Below are positions 18,093 through 26,700 of a stretch of DNA of 32,979 nucleotides, piece after piece. The stretch is from Pseudomonadota bacterium (GTDB lineage Bacteria; Desulfobacterota; Desulfobulbia; Desulfobulbales; Desulfobulbaceae): NCBI GenBank assembly GCA_009778235.1, contig WRKE01000314.1:1-32979 (forward strand), in the 5' to 3' direction. The position numbers and the translations under genes are program-made. Under the pieces are notes generated by a model. That model was not told where the DNA came from. It saw only the letters and a list, made by a program, of their open reading frames with translations, and did not search any database. Positions within the stretch are counted from its first letter, which is position 1, and every line of letters begins with the position of its first letter.

Positions 18093-19211
18093 TTAAGGTC
18101 GAATTTTAACAAGACCCTTCAGTTGGCCATACCCTTGTTTGTCCATCTCCTCGTAAGGGATAAAACGAATGGCAAGGCTATTGATACAGTAGCGCAGTCC
18201 GCCTCTATCCTTGGGCCCGTCATTGAACACATGCCCCAGGTGGGAGTCGCCCACCCGGCTTCTCACCTCAATCCGTTTTATTCCGTAGCTGTCATCGTCA
18301 TGCTCGGTAACCACCGCCGGATCAATGGGCTTGACAAAGCTCGGCCACCCGCAGCGGGACTCGAACTTGTCGGCGGAGGAAAATAACGGCTCCCCGGTCG
18401 CTACATCCACATAAAGCCCCGGCTCTTTGTGGTCCCAGAATTTGCCCGAAAAAGCCGGCTCGGTGCCAGCCTTCTGCGTAACATTGTATTCTTCAGGCGT
18501 AAGGATTTTTTTCAGTTGCTCATCAGAGGGTTTGGAATACTTGCTTGGGTCCACCAGGCCTTCTTGCTCAGTCCGGAGGTCTTTGAGGCTGTCAAAACTT
18601 ATATGGCAGTAGCCGCCGGGATTTTTTTTCAAATAATCCTGATGATACGCTTCGGCGAGGTAATAATTCTTCAGCGGCAGCAGTTCCACGGTCAGCGGTT
18701 GGTCATTTTTTTTCTGCTCATCGGCCATGACCGCGGCAAGAATCATTTTGTCCGCATCGTTCACATAGTACATGCCGGTACGATACTGGCTTCCCACATC
18801 ATTCCCCTGCCTGTTGCCACTGGTCGGATCGATGATTTTGAAAAACTGCTCAGCAAGGGTCTTGAGGCTGACCCCGTTCGGGTCATAGCGGACATGCACG
18901 GTTTCGGCATGGCCCGTTCTCCCGGAACAGACCTCTTCATAGGTAGGATTCTCCTTCGCGCCGTTCGCATATCCTACGGTCACCTCATGCACGCCGGGAA
19001 TTCTTGAAAAGTATTCCTCAACGCCCCAGAAACATCCCCCGGCGAAATACATATCCCGAAGTTCCGTTGCGGGATACGCTCCTTTCTTTTCCATGACCGC
19101 TCCCTCGCTGTTGGTATTGCTGTTGTTGGCAGACGGAAGACCTGCCGCCAGGACAAATGTCACCGCCAGAAAACCACTGAAGAGCGTCATTAACAGAGTT
19201 AGTTTTTTCAT
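18093..19211 (-). CDS. msrAB: Bifunctional peptide-methionine sulfoxide reductase MsrA-MsrB with N-terminal signal-like peptide
   Basis: MsrA: [23 protein letters not shown]. MsrB: CGWPSF, HLGHVF.DGP...GLRYCINS. Confidence 0.95.
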   Translation of the reverse strand: MKKLTLLMTLFSGFLAVTFVLAAGLPSANNSNTNSEGAVMEKKGAYPATELRDMYFAGGCFWGVEEYFSRIPGVHEVTVGYANGAKENPTYEEVCSGRTGHAETVHVRYDPNGVSLKTLAEQFFKIIDPTSGNRQGNDVGSQYRTGMYYVNDADKMILAAVMADEQKKNDQPLTVELLPLKNYYLAEAYHQDYLKKNPGGYCHISFDSLKDLRTEQEGLVDPSKYSKPSDEQLKKILTPEEYNVTQKAGTEPAFSGKFWDHKEPGLYVDVATGEPLFSSADKFESRCGWPSFVKPIDPAVVTEHDDDSYGIKRIEVRSRVGDSHLGHVFNDGPKDRGGLRYCINSLAIRFIPYEEMDKQGYGQLKGLVKIRP

Positions 19212-19267
19212 AACTTTCCTCAGTTGGCTTCTGTGAAGGTTAACTGCGAGGAAAACTCTGAAAATTG

Positions 19268-19297
19268 GAAGGCGGCCCTGTTGCCAAAGCCGCCTTC
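19268..19297 (-). terminator. Probable terminator hairpin after rubrerythrin
   Basis: 9-bp stem GAAGGCGGC / GCCGCCTTC with short T-rich flanks. Confidence 0.55.
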
Positions 19298-19359
19298 TCT
19301 TTTACCACCGCCGTTCGAAAAATGTCTTCAACCAAACGACTGTTCAGGCGCTGTCATCT

Positions 19360-19902
19360 TCAATAATTAACCAGCCGCAATTCAAAATAGGCCTGCGGAT
19401 GGGCGCAGACCGGACATTCCTCCGGGGCGCTGACGCTATCGACGATGTGGCCGCAGTTGCGGCAGATCCAGACAGACTTTTCCTTTTTGGCAAAAACAGA
19501 GCCATCCTCAACGTTTTTCAGCAGCTTGAGATAACGCTCCTCGTGTTCTTTTTCGATCTTCCCAACTGATTCAAAAAGAAATGCGATGTCGTCAAAGCCT
19601 TCCTCATGCGCCTCGATGGCCATGCGCTTATACATCTCAGTCCACTCGTCGTGTTCACCTGCGGCAGCGGCCTTGAGATTTTCAGTGGTGGCAGGGATCT
19701 CGCCGCCGCACAGTAGTTTGAACCAGATCTTGGCGTGTTCTTTTTCGTTCCCTGCGGTTTCCTCAAAAATTGCCGCTATCTGCTCGTAGCCTTCCTTTTT
19801 CGCCTTGCCTGCGAAATAGGTATATTTGTTCCGCGCCTGGCTCTCACCGGCAAAGGCCTCCATCAGGTTTTTCTCGGTCTTTGTTCCTTTCAAATTTGCC
19901 AT
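19360..19902 (-). CDS. rbr: Rubrerythrin
   Basis: AFAGESQARNKY, ETAGNEKEHA, AAAGEHDE, EKEHEERY di-iron ligands; C-terminal rubredoxin WICRNCGH...CPVCAHP; AAGGAG RBS. Confidence 0.96.
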   Translation of the reverse strand: MANLKGTKTEKNLMEAFAGESQARNKYTYFAGKAKKEGYEQIAAIFEETAGNEKEHAKIWFKLLCGGEIPATTENLKAAAAGEHDEWTEMYKRMAIEAHEEGFDDIAFLFESVGKIEKEHEERYLKLLKNVEDGSVFAKKEKSVWICRNCGHIVDSVSAPEECPVCAHPQAYFELRLVNY

Positions 19903-19945
19903 TTTTTGCTCTCCTTGGTGTCGTTTCGCTGTTGGTTAGAATTAT

Positions 19946-20063
19946 CAGGGTGTTGAAAAAGAATTTTTAGTGTTGTTTGGCCCACAATATGTAGTGACCA
20001 GTCAGCCAGCAATTCCATATATCGTGCTGACAATGCCTGGTTTTGGAGTTTTTCAACATCCAG
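19946..20063. mobile_element. MITE-like / IS-end remnant bounded by imperfect terminal inverted repeats
   Basis: Left CAGGGTGTTGAAAAA (19946-19960), right TTTTTCAACATCCAG (20049-20063); 13/15 match as an inverted repeat; no transposase inside. Confidence 0.5.
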
Positions 20064-20696
20064 TTAAGACAACTTTTGGACTCTCCCCCGTCTCAACCCG
20101 CTTCACCGCTCGAATACGAATCTCTTCCAATGCCGTGCGATTGATTGTACGCCCATCGATTCATTCATGGACAAACTCTATCATATGTCAGCTAAGTTTT
20201 GAACTTATTAGTAACAGACCATGCGCCGTGTCCGGCGACCGGGTGATTGGGCATCTTTTCACCGCTGAAATATCCCTCGCCGGGTTTACCGGCAGGTGGC
20301 CGCTACAGCCGTCACAAAGCCCATTTTCCGCATCTCTCCAAAGGCCTTGACCTTGAGTTTTTCGGAGCCCCAGGTCTCCCTGCTCCCATTGGTGCCACTT
20401 CTGACCCCCGGCGACGGCCAAAGGCGAGCAGGGCACGGCACGGCCACTTATCATTTTCAGTTGCCGAATTTATGATGAAAATAAGTTTTTCTGGTTTGTC
20501 AACCGGGCTTCACTCAAGTATTATTAAATCTTTCAGCGAAAATAATCTTACCGACACCCAGTATGCCCTTCCTCCGGCACCGATCGACCACCTCTCCGAG
20601 GCCGAGCCGACCAGTTGCAAGAGGATCATTTATCATCGTGAACCCGCGCCCACCCTTGTCTGGGAAGGTGCCGGCTCCACAATCAGGGAATTGCCC

Positions 20697-22250
20697 ATGG
20701 ATACCCAATACAACGCAACCCTTGAAACCTTGGAACGATTACGGGCGGAATCCAGAACCGCCGGTGGTGAGGCAAAAAAAGTCGACCAGCACCGCAAGGG
20801 TAAACTGACGGCGCGCGAACGGCTCGAATTGCTTTTGGACAGCGGTTCTTTCGAGGAATTCGATGTCCTCAAGCTGGGCCGCGGCGGCAGCCTGGGCGAG
20901 GAAAAAAGCTATCTCGGCGACGGGGTCATCACCGGCCATGGGTCCATCGACGGCCGCGAAGTTTTTGTATTCAGCCAGGACTTCACCGTGCTCGGCGGCT
21001 CGCTGGGCGAAGCCCATGCCCAAAAAATCTGCAAGGTCATGGACCTGGCGGTCAAGGTGGGTGCCCCGATCATCGGCCTCAACGATTCCGGCGGCGCCCG
21101 TATCCAGGAGGGCGTCGACGCCCTGGCCGCCTACGGCGAAATCTTCCACCGCAACGTCCGGGCCAGCGGGGTGGTGCCCCAGATTTCCTGCATCATGGGC
21201 CCCTGTGCCGGCGGCGCGGTCTACAGCCCCTCGATCACCGATATGGTCTTCATGGTCGAGGATTCCTCCAACATGTTCGTCACCGGTCCCAGCGTGGTGA
21301 AGACCGTCACCCACCAGGACATCACCTCCGAGGCCCTGGGTGGCGCCAAGGTGCATGCCAGCAAGAGCGGCGTGGCCCATTTCACCGTGCCCAACGACGT
21401 GCTGGCCCTGCGCGAGGTGCGACGGCTGATCAGCTACCTGCCCTCCAACAACCGCGTGCGGGCGCCAATCCTCAATCTCAGCGACGCCCCGAACCGGACC
21501 GATCCGGCCCTGGACTTTCTCATTCCAAGCAACTCCAACCAGACCTACGACATGAACGTGCTGATCCATTCCATCCTGGACGGCGCCGAATTCATGGAGG
21601 TCCACGCCGGCTTCGCCCGTAACATCATCTGCGGTTTCGGCCGGCTGGGCGGCCAGACCGTGGGCCTGGTGGCCAATCAGCCGGCGGTTCTGGCCGGGGT
21701 GCTCGACAACGACGCCTCGTTCAAGGCCGGCCGCTTTGTCCGTTTCTGCGACGCCTTCAACATCCCGCTGATCTCCCTGGTCGACGTGCCCGGTTTCATG
21801 CCCGGTCCGGATCAGGAGCACGGCGGTATCATCCGCCATGGCGCCAAGCTGCTCTATGCCTTCACCGAAGCCACGGTGCCGCGCATCTCGGTGATCATCC
21901 GCAAGGCATACGGCGGCGCTTATCTGGTGATGAACTCCAAGCACATTCACTGCGATGTCAACTACGCCTGGCCGACCGCCGAAATCGCGGTCATGGGCCC
22001 CAAGGGCGCGGCCGAAGTCATCCACCGCAAGGAAATCTATTCAGCTTCGGACCCCGAGGCCGTGCTCAACGAAAAGATGGAGGAATACCGCCGCACCTTT
22101 GCCAACCCCTTTCTTGCCGCGCAACGGGGCTACATCGATGACGTTATCTTCCCGCGCGATACCCGGTCGCATCTCATCCGCACCCTGCAGATGCTCGACA
22201 GCAAGAAGACCAAGGGTCCGAATCGCAAACACGGAAATATTCCCCTGTGA
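20697..22250 (+). CDS. pccB: Acyl-CoA carboxylase carboxyltransferase subunit (propionyl-CoA carboxylase beta-like)
   Basis: GKLTARERL, GDGVITGHG, QDFTVLGGSLGE, DSGGARIQEG, GPCAGGAVYSP, DVPGFMPG, RKAYGGAY, KHGNIPL; ATG at 20697. Confidence 0.88.
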   Translation: MDTQYNATLETLERLRAESRTAGGEAKKVDQHRKGKLTARERLELLLDSGSFEEFDVLKLGRGGSLGEEKSYLGDGVITGHGSIDGREVFVFSQDFTVLGGSLGEAHAQKICKVMDLAVKVGAPIIGLNDSGGARIQEGVDALAAYGEIFHRNVRASGVVPQISCIMGPCAGGAVYSPSITDMVFMVEDSSNMFVTGPSVVKTVTHQDITSEALGGAKVHASKSGVAHFTVPNDVLALREVRRLISYLPSNNRVRAPILNLSDAPNRTDPALDFLIPSNSNQTYDMNVLIHSILDGAEFMEVHAGFARNIICGFGRLGGQTVGLVANQPAVLAGVLDNDASFKAGRFVRFCDAFNIPLISLVDVPGFMPGPDQEHGGIIRHGAKLLYAFTEATVPRISVIIRKAYGGAYLVMNSKHIHCDVNYAWPTAEIAVMGPKGAAEVIHRKEIYSASDPEAVLNEKMEEYRRTFANPFLAAQRGYIDDVIFPRDTRSHLIRTLQMLDSKKTKGPNRKHGNIPL

Positions 22251-22258
22251 GGCACGCC

Positions 22259-24277
22259 ATGTTCAACAAGATTCTCATTGCCAACCGTGGTGAAATTGCC
22301 ACCCGCATCATCCGCACCTGCAACCGCCTGGGCATCAGCACCGTGGCCGTCTACTCCGACGCCGACAGCCGCAGCCTGCACCGGCACCTGGCCGACGAAG
22401 CGGTGCACATCGGCGAATCGCCGTCGCAAAAATCCTATCTCGACATCGACAAGATCATTGCGGCGGCCAAGGCCACCGGCGCCCAGGCCATCCATCCCGG
22501 CTATGGTTTTCTTTCCGAAAAGGCCGATTTTGCCAAGGCGATCCAGGAAGCAGGGCTGGTGCTCATCGGTCCGCCAGTCGAGGCCATCGATGTCATGGGC
22601 GACAAGATCACCTCCAAGGAACTGGCCAAGAAGGCTGGCGTGCCGGTCATCCCCGGCACCATCGAGGCGATCAGGGACGAACAGGATGCCATTGCCGTCG
22701 CGGCCGAGATCGGCTACCCAGTGCTGCTCAAACCAGCGGCGGGTGGCGGCGGCAAGGGCATGCGCATTGTCCTCAAGCCCGAGGACATGAAGGATGCCCT
22801 GGCTGCCAGCCGCAAGGAGACCCTCAAGGCCTTCAACGACACCCGGGTTTTTGTCGAGCGCTACATCGAGCAGCCGCGGCACATCGAGATCCAGGTCCTG
22901 GCCGACAGCCAGGGGCATGTGGTGTACCTCGGCGAGCGGGAATGCTCCATTCAAAGGCGCTATCAGAAGGTAATCGAGGAGTCGCCCTCTCCGGCGGTCT
23001 CCCCCGAACTGCGTGCGCGGATGGGGCAGGCGGCCTGCGACCTGGCCCGCCAGGCCAACTACGTCAACGCCGGCACGGTCGAATTTGTCATGGATGCCCA
23101 GCACAATTTCTATTTCCTGGAGATGAACACCCGCCTCCAGGTGGAGCATCCGGTCACCGAGATGGTCACCGGCCTTGACCTGGTTGAATTGCAGCTCCGC
23201 ATCGCCGCCGGCGAACCGCTGCCCTTTGACCAGAGCGGCATCACCTTCAATGGCTGGGCCATCGAGGCCCGGATCTGCGCCGAGGATCCCTCCCGCGGCT
23301 TCATCCCCTCCACCGGCATGATCACCCGCTACGCCGCGCCGCGCGGCAAGGGTATCCGGGTGGATTCCGGCGTCAACATCGGCGGCAAGATCGATGTCTA
23401 TTACGATTCCATGCTGGCCAAGTTGATCTGCCATGGCAAAACCAGGGAAGATGCCCGGCGCATGCTGATCGAGGCACTGAACGGCTACCACATCGAAGGG
23501 GTCTCCACCAATATCGACTTTGTCACCAGCGTGCTCTGCCTGCCCGAGTTCGCCGAAGGCGCGCTGACCACCGGCTTCATCGACCAGCACTTTGATGGCG
23601 GCGTGTCAAAACGGACGCCTTTGCTGCAATATCTGCAGCTGGCGGCCCTGGCAGCCACCCTGATCTACCACAACCGTACGGTGGCGGTCCGAGAATCTCT
23701 GCTCCACATGGTTTCCGACATCGGCGGCAAGCGTGATCTGGGCCGGATGCATCAGTACAAGGTCCGGTGCCAGGAGGATCTGTTCGAAGTGACCCTGGAA
23801 GGCACACCGGTCAGCGGTGAAACCAGCACCATCCGGGTGGACGGCACTACCCTCAGGGTGGAGATTCCCAACTTTGAATTCTTCCGCCGTCGGCTGAAAC
23901 TGAACATCAACGGCCAGAATCACCGCTTCCGCATCCGCTTCGAGGAGTCGTTCATCTTCATGAGCTTCAACGGTATTTCCCGTCTGTTCGAAGTTTACAC
24001 CCCGAAGGAATGGGAGATGATGCAGTTCATGCCCCTGAAGGCCGACAAGTCGCAGAGCAACATCCTGCTCTGCCCGATGCCGGGCCTGGTGGTGGATGTG
24101 CTGGCCCAAAAGGGTGAGCGCGTCTTCCGCGGCCAGAACCTGGTGATCCTGGAGTCGATGAAAATGGAGAGCGGCGTGGCCTCGCCGATGGACGGCGTCA
24201 TTGCCGAGGTCCTGGTGGACAAGGGGCAGGCGGTGGAGTCCGACCAGACCCTGATCAAATTCGAGGTGGAGCAATAG
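22259..24277 (+). CDS. pccA: Biotin carboxylase + biotin carboxyl carrier subunit (propionyl-CoA carboxylase alpha-like)
   Basis: KILIANRGEIA, HPGYGFLSE, GGGGKGMR, ERECSIQRR, EMNTRLQVEHPVTE, RVDSG; C-terminal biotinyl domain with ESMKM. Confidence 0.88.
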   Translation: MFNKILIANRGEIATRIIRTCNRLGISTVAVYSDADSRSLHRHLADEAVHIGESPSQKSYLDIDKIIAAAKATGAQAIHPGYGFLSEKADFAKAIQEAGLVLIGPPVEAIDVMGDKITSKELAKKAGVPVIPGTIEAIRDEQDAIAVAAEIGYPVLLKPAAGGGGKGMRIVLKPEDMKDALAASRKETLKAFNDTRVFVERYIEQPRHIEIQVLADSQGHVVYLGERECSIQRRYQKVIEESPSPAVSPELRARMGQAACDLARQANYVNAGTVEFVMDAQHNFYFLEMNTRLQVEHPVTEMVTGLDLVELQLRIAAGEPLPFDQSGITFNGWAIEARICAEDPSRGFIPSTGMITRYAAPRGKGIRVDSGVNIGGKIDVYYDSMLAKLICHGKTREDARRMLIEALNGYHIEGVSTNIDFVTSVLCLPEFAEGALTTGFIDQHFDGGVSKRTPLLQYLQLAALAATLIYHNRTVAVRESLLHMVSDIGGKRDLGRMHQYKVRCQEDLFEVTLEGTPVSGETSTIRVDGTTLRVEIPNFEFFRRRLKLNINGQNHRFRIRFEESFIFMSFNGISRLFEVYTPKEWEMMQFMPLKADKSQSNILLCPMPGLVVDVLAQKGERVFRGQNLVILESMKMESGVASPMDGVIAEVLVDKGQAVESDQTLIKFEVEQ

Positions 24278-24413
24278 AACACTGGTCAACGGTCTTTGTT
24301 TTCGACGCCAACCGGCGCAACATGCCAACCGATCGTTTTGTCTGCGACCCGCTCCATGCAAAACAGTCGGCGGCCTTTGGCGGCCGCTGGCATAATGCCT
24401 TAAGACCCATGCC

Positions 24414-24656
24414 ATGATTAAACTCACCAAGCTCAACAATTCGGAATTCTACCTCAATCCCGACCTGATCAAGAGTATTGGCGAGACGCCCGACACGATC
24501 ATTGTGCTGATCAACGCCGATCACCTCATCGTGCGGGAGACGCCCAAGGAGATCATTGATAAAATCGTGGGCTGGCGCGTTCGGCTCCTGCGGCTGTCGC
24601 GCCAGCAGCTCGATATCGACGATCCCACCGCGGCGCCTGAGGAGCCGACGACCTGA
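24414..24656 (+). CDS. flbD: Flagellar FlbD (SwrD) family protein
   Basis: MIKLTKLN...LNPDLIKSIGETPDTIIVL...IVRETPKEII; upstream of motAB. Confidence 0.9.
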   Translation: MIKLTKLNNSEFYLNPDLIKSIGETPDTIIVLINADHLIVRETPKEIIDKIVGWRVRLLRLSRQQLDIDDPTAAPEEPTT

Positions 24657-24759
24657 GCGGAACGGGGGGCCAGACCTCTCATTTATGTCCATTATCCAGT
24701 GGATATGGGACAGTCGGCCTTGCCCGTTCTTTTTTCCTTTAGTATCTCTGCCCCATCAC

Positions 24760-24803
24760 CTACAATGGGCATATGTAGTTTTTTCTACCATGGGCCAAGG
24801 TAG
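24760..24803. repeat. Two tandem 19-bp dyad elements (CTAC-N11-GTAG), 25-bp period
   Basis: CTACAATGGGCATATGTAG (24760-24778), T6 spacer, CTACCATGGGCCAAGGTAG (24785-24803). Confidence 0.7.
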
Positions 24804-24869
24804 TCTTGCCGAGACATTCGGCGGACCACGATTCCCTGCCCCTTGACAATCAGCACCCGCAGCAACGCT

Positions 24870-25655
24870 ATGGATATTGCAACCATCATTGGCTTGATCA
24901 TGGGTTTTGGCGCCATTATCGGCGGCGCCACTCTGGAGGGCCTGCATCTTTCCGCCCTCATCCAGCCCACCGCCGCGGTCATCGTTCTGGGGGGCACCTT
25001 TGGCGCGGCTTTCGTCAGCTTCCCCATGTCGGTCGCGATCGGCGCGGTCATGGATCTCAAGAAATTGATCGGCACTTCACCGAAAAACGACGATCTCATC
25101 ACCGAACTCTGCGGGTATGCGGCCAAGGCGAGGAAAAACGGCATTATCGCCCTGGAACAGGATGCCCAGAACCACAAGGACCGGTTCATGAAAAAGGCCA
25201 TCTCCCTCTCGGTCGATGGGGTCGAGCCGAAGGATATCAAGGAGCTGATGGAAATCGACCTGTCCGCATCCGAGGAACACGCCAAATTGAGCGCCGAGTT
25301 CTATGAGGCCGCCGGCGGCTATGCGCCGACCATCGGCATCATCGGCGCGGTGCTCGGCCTGATCCACGTCATGAGTAACCTGGAGGATACCTCCAAACTG
25401 GGCGCAGGGATCGCCGTTGCCTTTGTGGCCACCATCTACGGCCTGCTGACGGCCAATATCCTCTGCCTGCCCACCGCCACCAAGATCAAACACCGGATCA
25501 AGGACGATTCGGTCCGCAAGGAGATCATCATAGCCGGCATCGTTGCCATTCAAAACGGCGAAAATCCTCGTTTTATTGAAGAGCGCCTCAAATCGTACAT
25601 GGGCGGTCACGGCGGCAAAGGTGCGGCCACCGACAAGGAAGGAGGCAAGAAATAA
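24870..25655 (+). CDS. motA: Flagellar stator protein MotA
   Basis: MDIATIIG, IVLGGTFGA, ARKNGIIALE, GGYAPTIGIIGAVLGLI, AVAFVATIYG, GENP. Confidence 0.95.
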   Translation: MDIATIIGLIMGFGAIIGGATLEGLHLSALIQPTAAVIVLGGTFGAAFVSFPMSVAIGAVMDLKKLIGTSPKNDDLITELCGYAAKARKNGIIALEQDAQNHKDRFMKKAISLSVDGVEPKDIKELMEIDLSASEEHAKLSAEFYEAAGGYAPTIGIIGAVLGLIHVMSNLEDTSKLGAGIAVAFVATIYGLLTANILCLPTATKIKHRIKDDSVRKEIIIAGIVAIQNGENPRFIEERLKSYMGGHGGKGAATDKEGGKK

Positions 25656-25656
25656 C

Positions 25657-26508
25657 ATGGCCCGCAAAAAAACGCCGGAGCCCCATCCTAACCACGAGCG
25701 CTGGCTGATTTCCTACTCAGACTTCATCACCTTGCTGTTTGCGGTTTTCGTCACCCTCTACGCCATGTCCCAAACCGATAAGAAGAAGGTGGACCAGGTC
25801 GCCGCTTCCTATCGGACCGCGTTCGGCGTCACCACCGGCACCACCTCGGGCCGGCCGCAGATCATGAACAACGCCGACATGATGCCCATTCCGTCCATGC
25901 GGATGCAGCAGAAAAACATCGAGAAGCTGAAACCCAAGGGCGACACCACGACCAAAACCCAGGCAACCAAGAAGGATTTCAAGGAAATGCTGGTTGCGCT
26001 GGAGAAATTTCTGATCGAGAAGAAGGCTCAGGACAAGGTGAATGTCGATATCACCAAGCGGGGCCTGGTGATCAGCATGACCGAGGCTGGTTTCTTTGAT
26101 TCGGGCAGCGCGACCCTCAAGCCCTCTTCCTACGAGCTGCTGGCCAAGATGGCCGAAACCCTGCAGCCCTACAACAACGACATCAGCTTTGAAGGACACA
26201 CCGACAATATCCCCATGCGGTCGACCCTCTTCCCGTCGAACTGGGAATTGTCGACCGGGCGCGCCACCAGCCTGGCCCGGTACTTCATGGATCGGCACGG
26301 CCTGAGCCCGGAAAGGGTATCGATCACCGGCTACGCCGAATACCGTCCGGTCGCCGACAACAGCACCGAGGAAGGGCGGAAGCAGAACCGGCGGGTGGAC
26401 CTGGTCCTGCTCGTCGGGGGTACCCCGGCCGCTGACAACGCCGAGCCAGAGGAACAGGAGCCCTCGATTACAGCGCCGCCGCAGCGGTTCCCCAAAATTC
26501 CCTTCTGA
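25657..26508 (+). CDS. motB: Flagellar stator protein MotB (OmpA-like peptidoglycan-binding domain)
   Basis: ERWLISYSDFITLLFAVFV TM with conserved Asp; EGHTDN, SNWELSTGRA, NRRVD. Confidence 0.95.
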   Translation: MARKKTPEPHPNHERWLISYSDFITLLFAVFVTLYAMSQTDKKKVDQVAASYRTAFGVTTGTTSGRPQIMNNADMMPIPSMRMQQKNIEKLKPKGDTTTKTQATKKDFKEMLVALEKFLIEKKAQDKVNVDITKRGLVISMTEAGFFDSGSATLKPSSYELLAKMAETLQPYNNDISFEGHTDNIPMRSTLFPSNWELSTGRATSLARYFMDRHGLSPERVSITGYAEYRPVADNSTEEGRKQNRRVDLVLLVGGTPAADNAEPEEQEPSITAPPQRFPKIPF

Positions 26509-26535
26509 GCAGACTTAATCCGCCTGTTGTTGACC

Positions 26536-26567
26536 AAGGCCGATCCCGATGGGGATTGGCCTTTTTT
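26536..26567 (+). terminator. Intrinsic terminator after motB
   Basis: AAGGCCGATCCC-GATG-GGGATTGGCCTT followed by a T-run. Confidence 0.85.
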
Positions 26568-26700
26568 CTTGCGCGGCCGCCAGCGCTCTTCTCCTTCGCT
26601 CATACCATTTCCCCTGCCAATGCAGCGGGTTTTGGCGGGATCATATTGAATTTTAATGAAAAAATAAGAATATTTTCTGCATTAAAAACAGGAAATGATA

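Noticed and set aside
19970-20350. 126-aa ORF in the rbr-pccB gap (also 12273-12599)
   Set aside because: No RBS, atypical composition, no motifs; it crosses the IR element.
20247-20696. 150-aa N-terminal extension of pccB in the ORF track (similar extensions on ilvY, the 5826 receiver, cobC, motB and the MFP)
   Set aside because: Family similarity starts at downstream ATGs; the extensions come from longest-ORF calling.
20739-23590. Long antisense ORFs (20739-22025, 22130-23590; likewise 15339-16421, 17005-18096, 29965-31194)
   Set aside because: They mirror well-supported genes on the other strand, carry no motifs, and are expected from GC-rich codon bias.
24843-26508. Zorya (ZorAB) anti-phage system
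   Set aside because: MotA is normal length without the long ZorA tail, flbD is adjacent, and no zorC/D/E genes are present.
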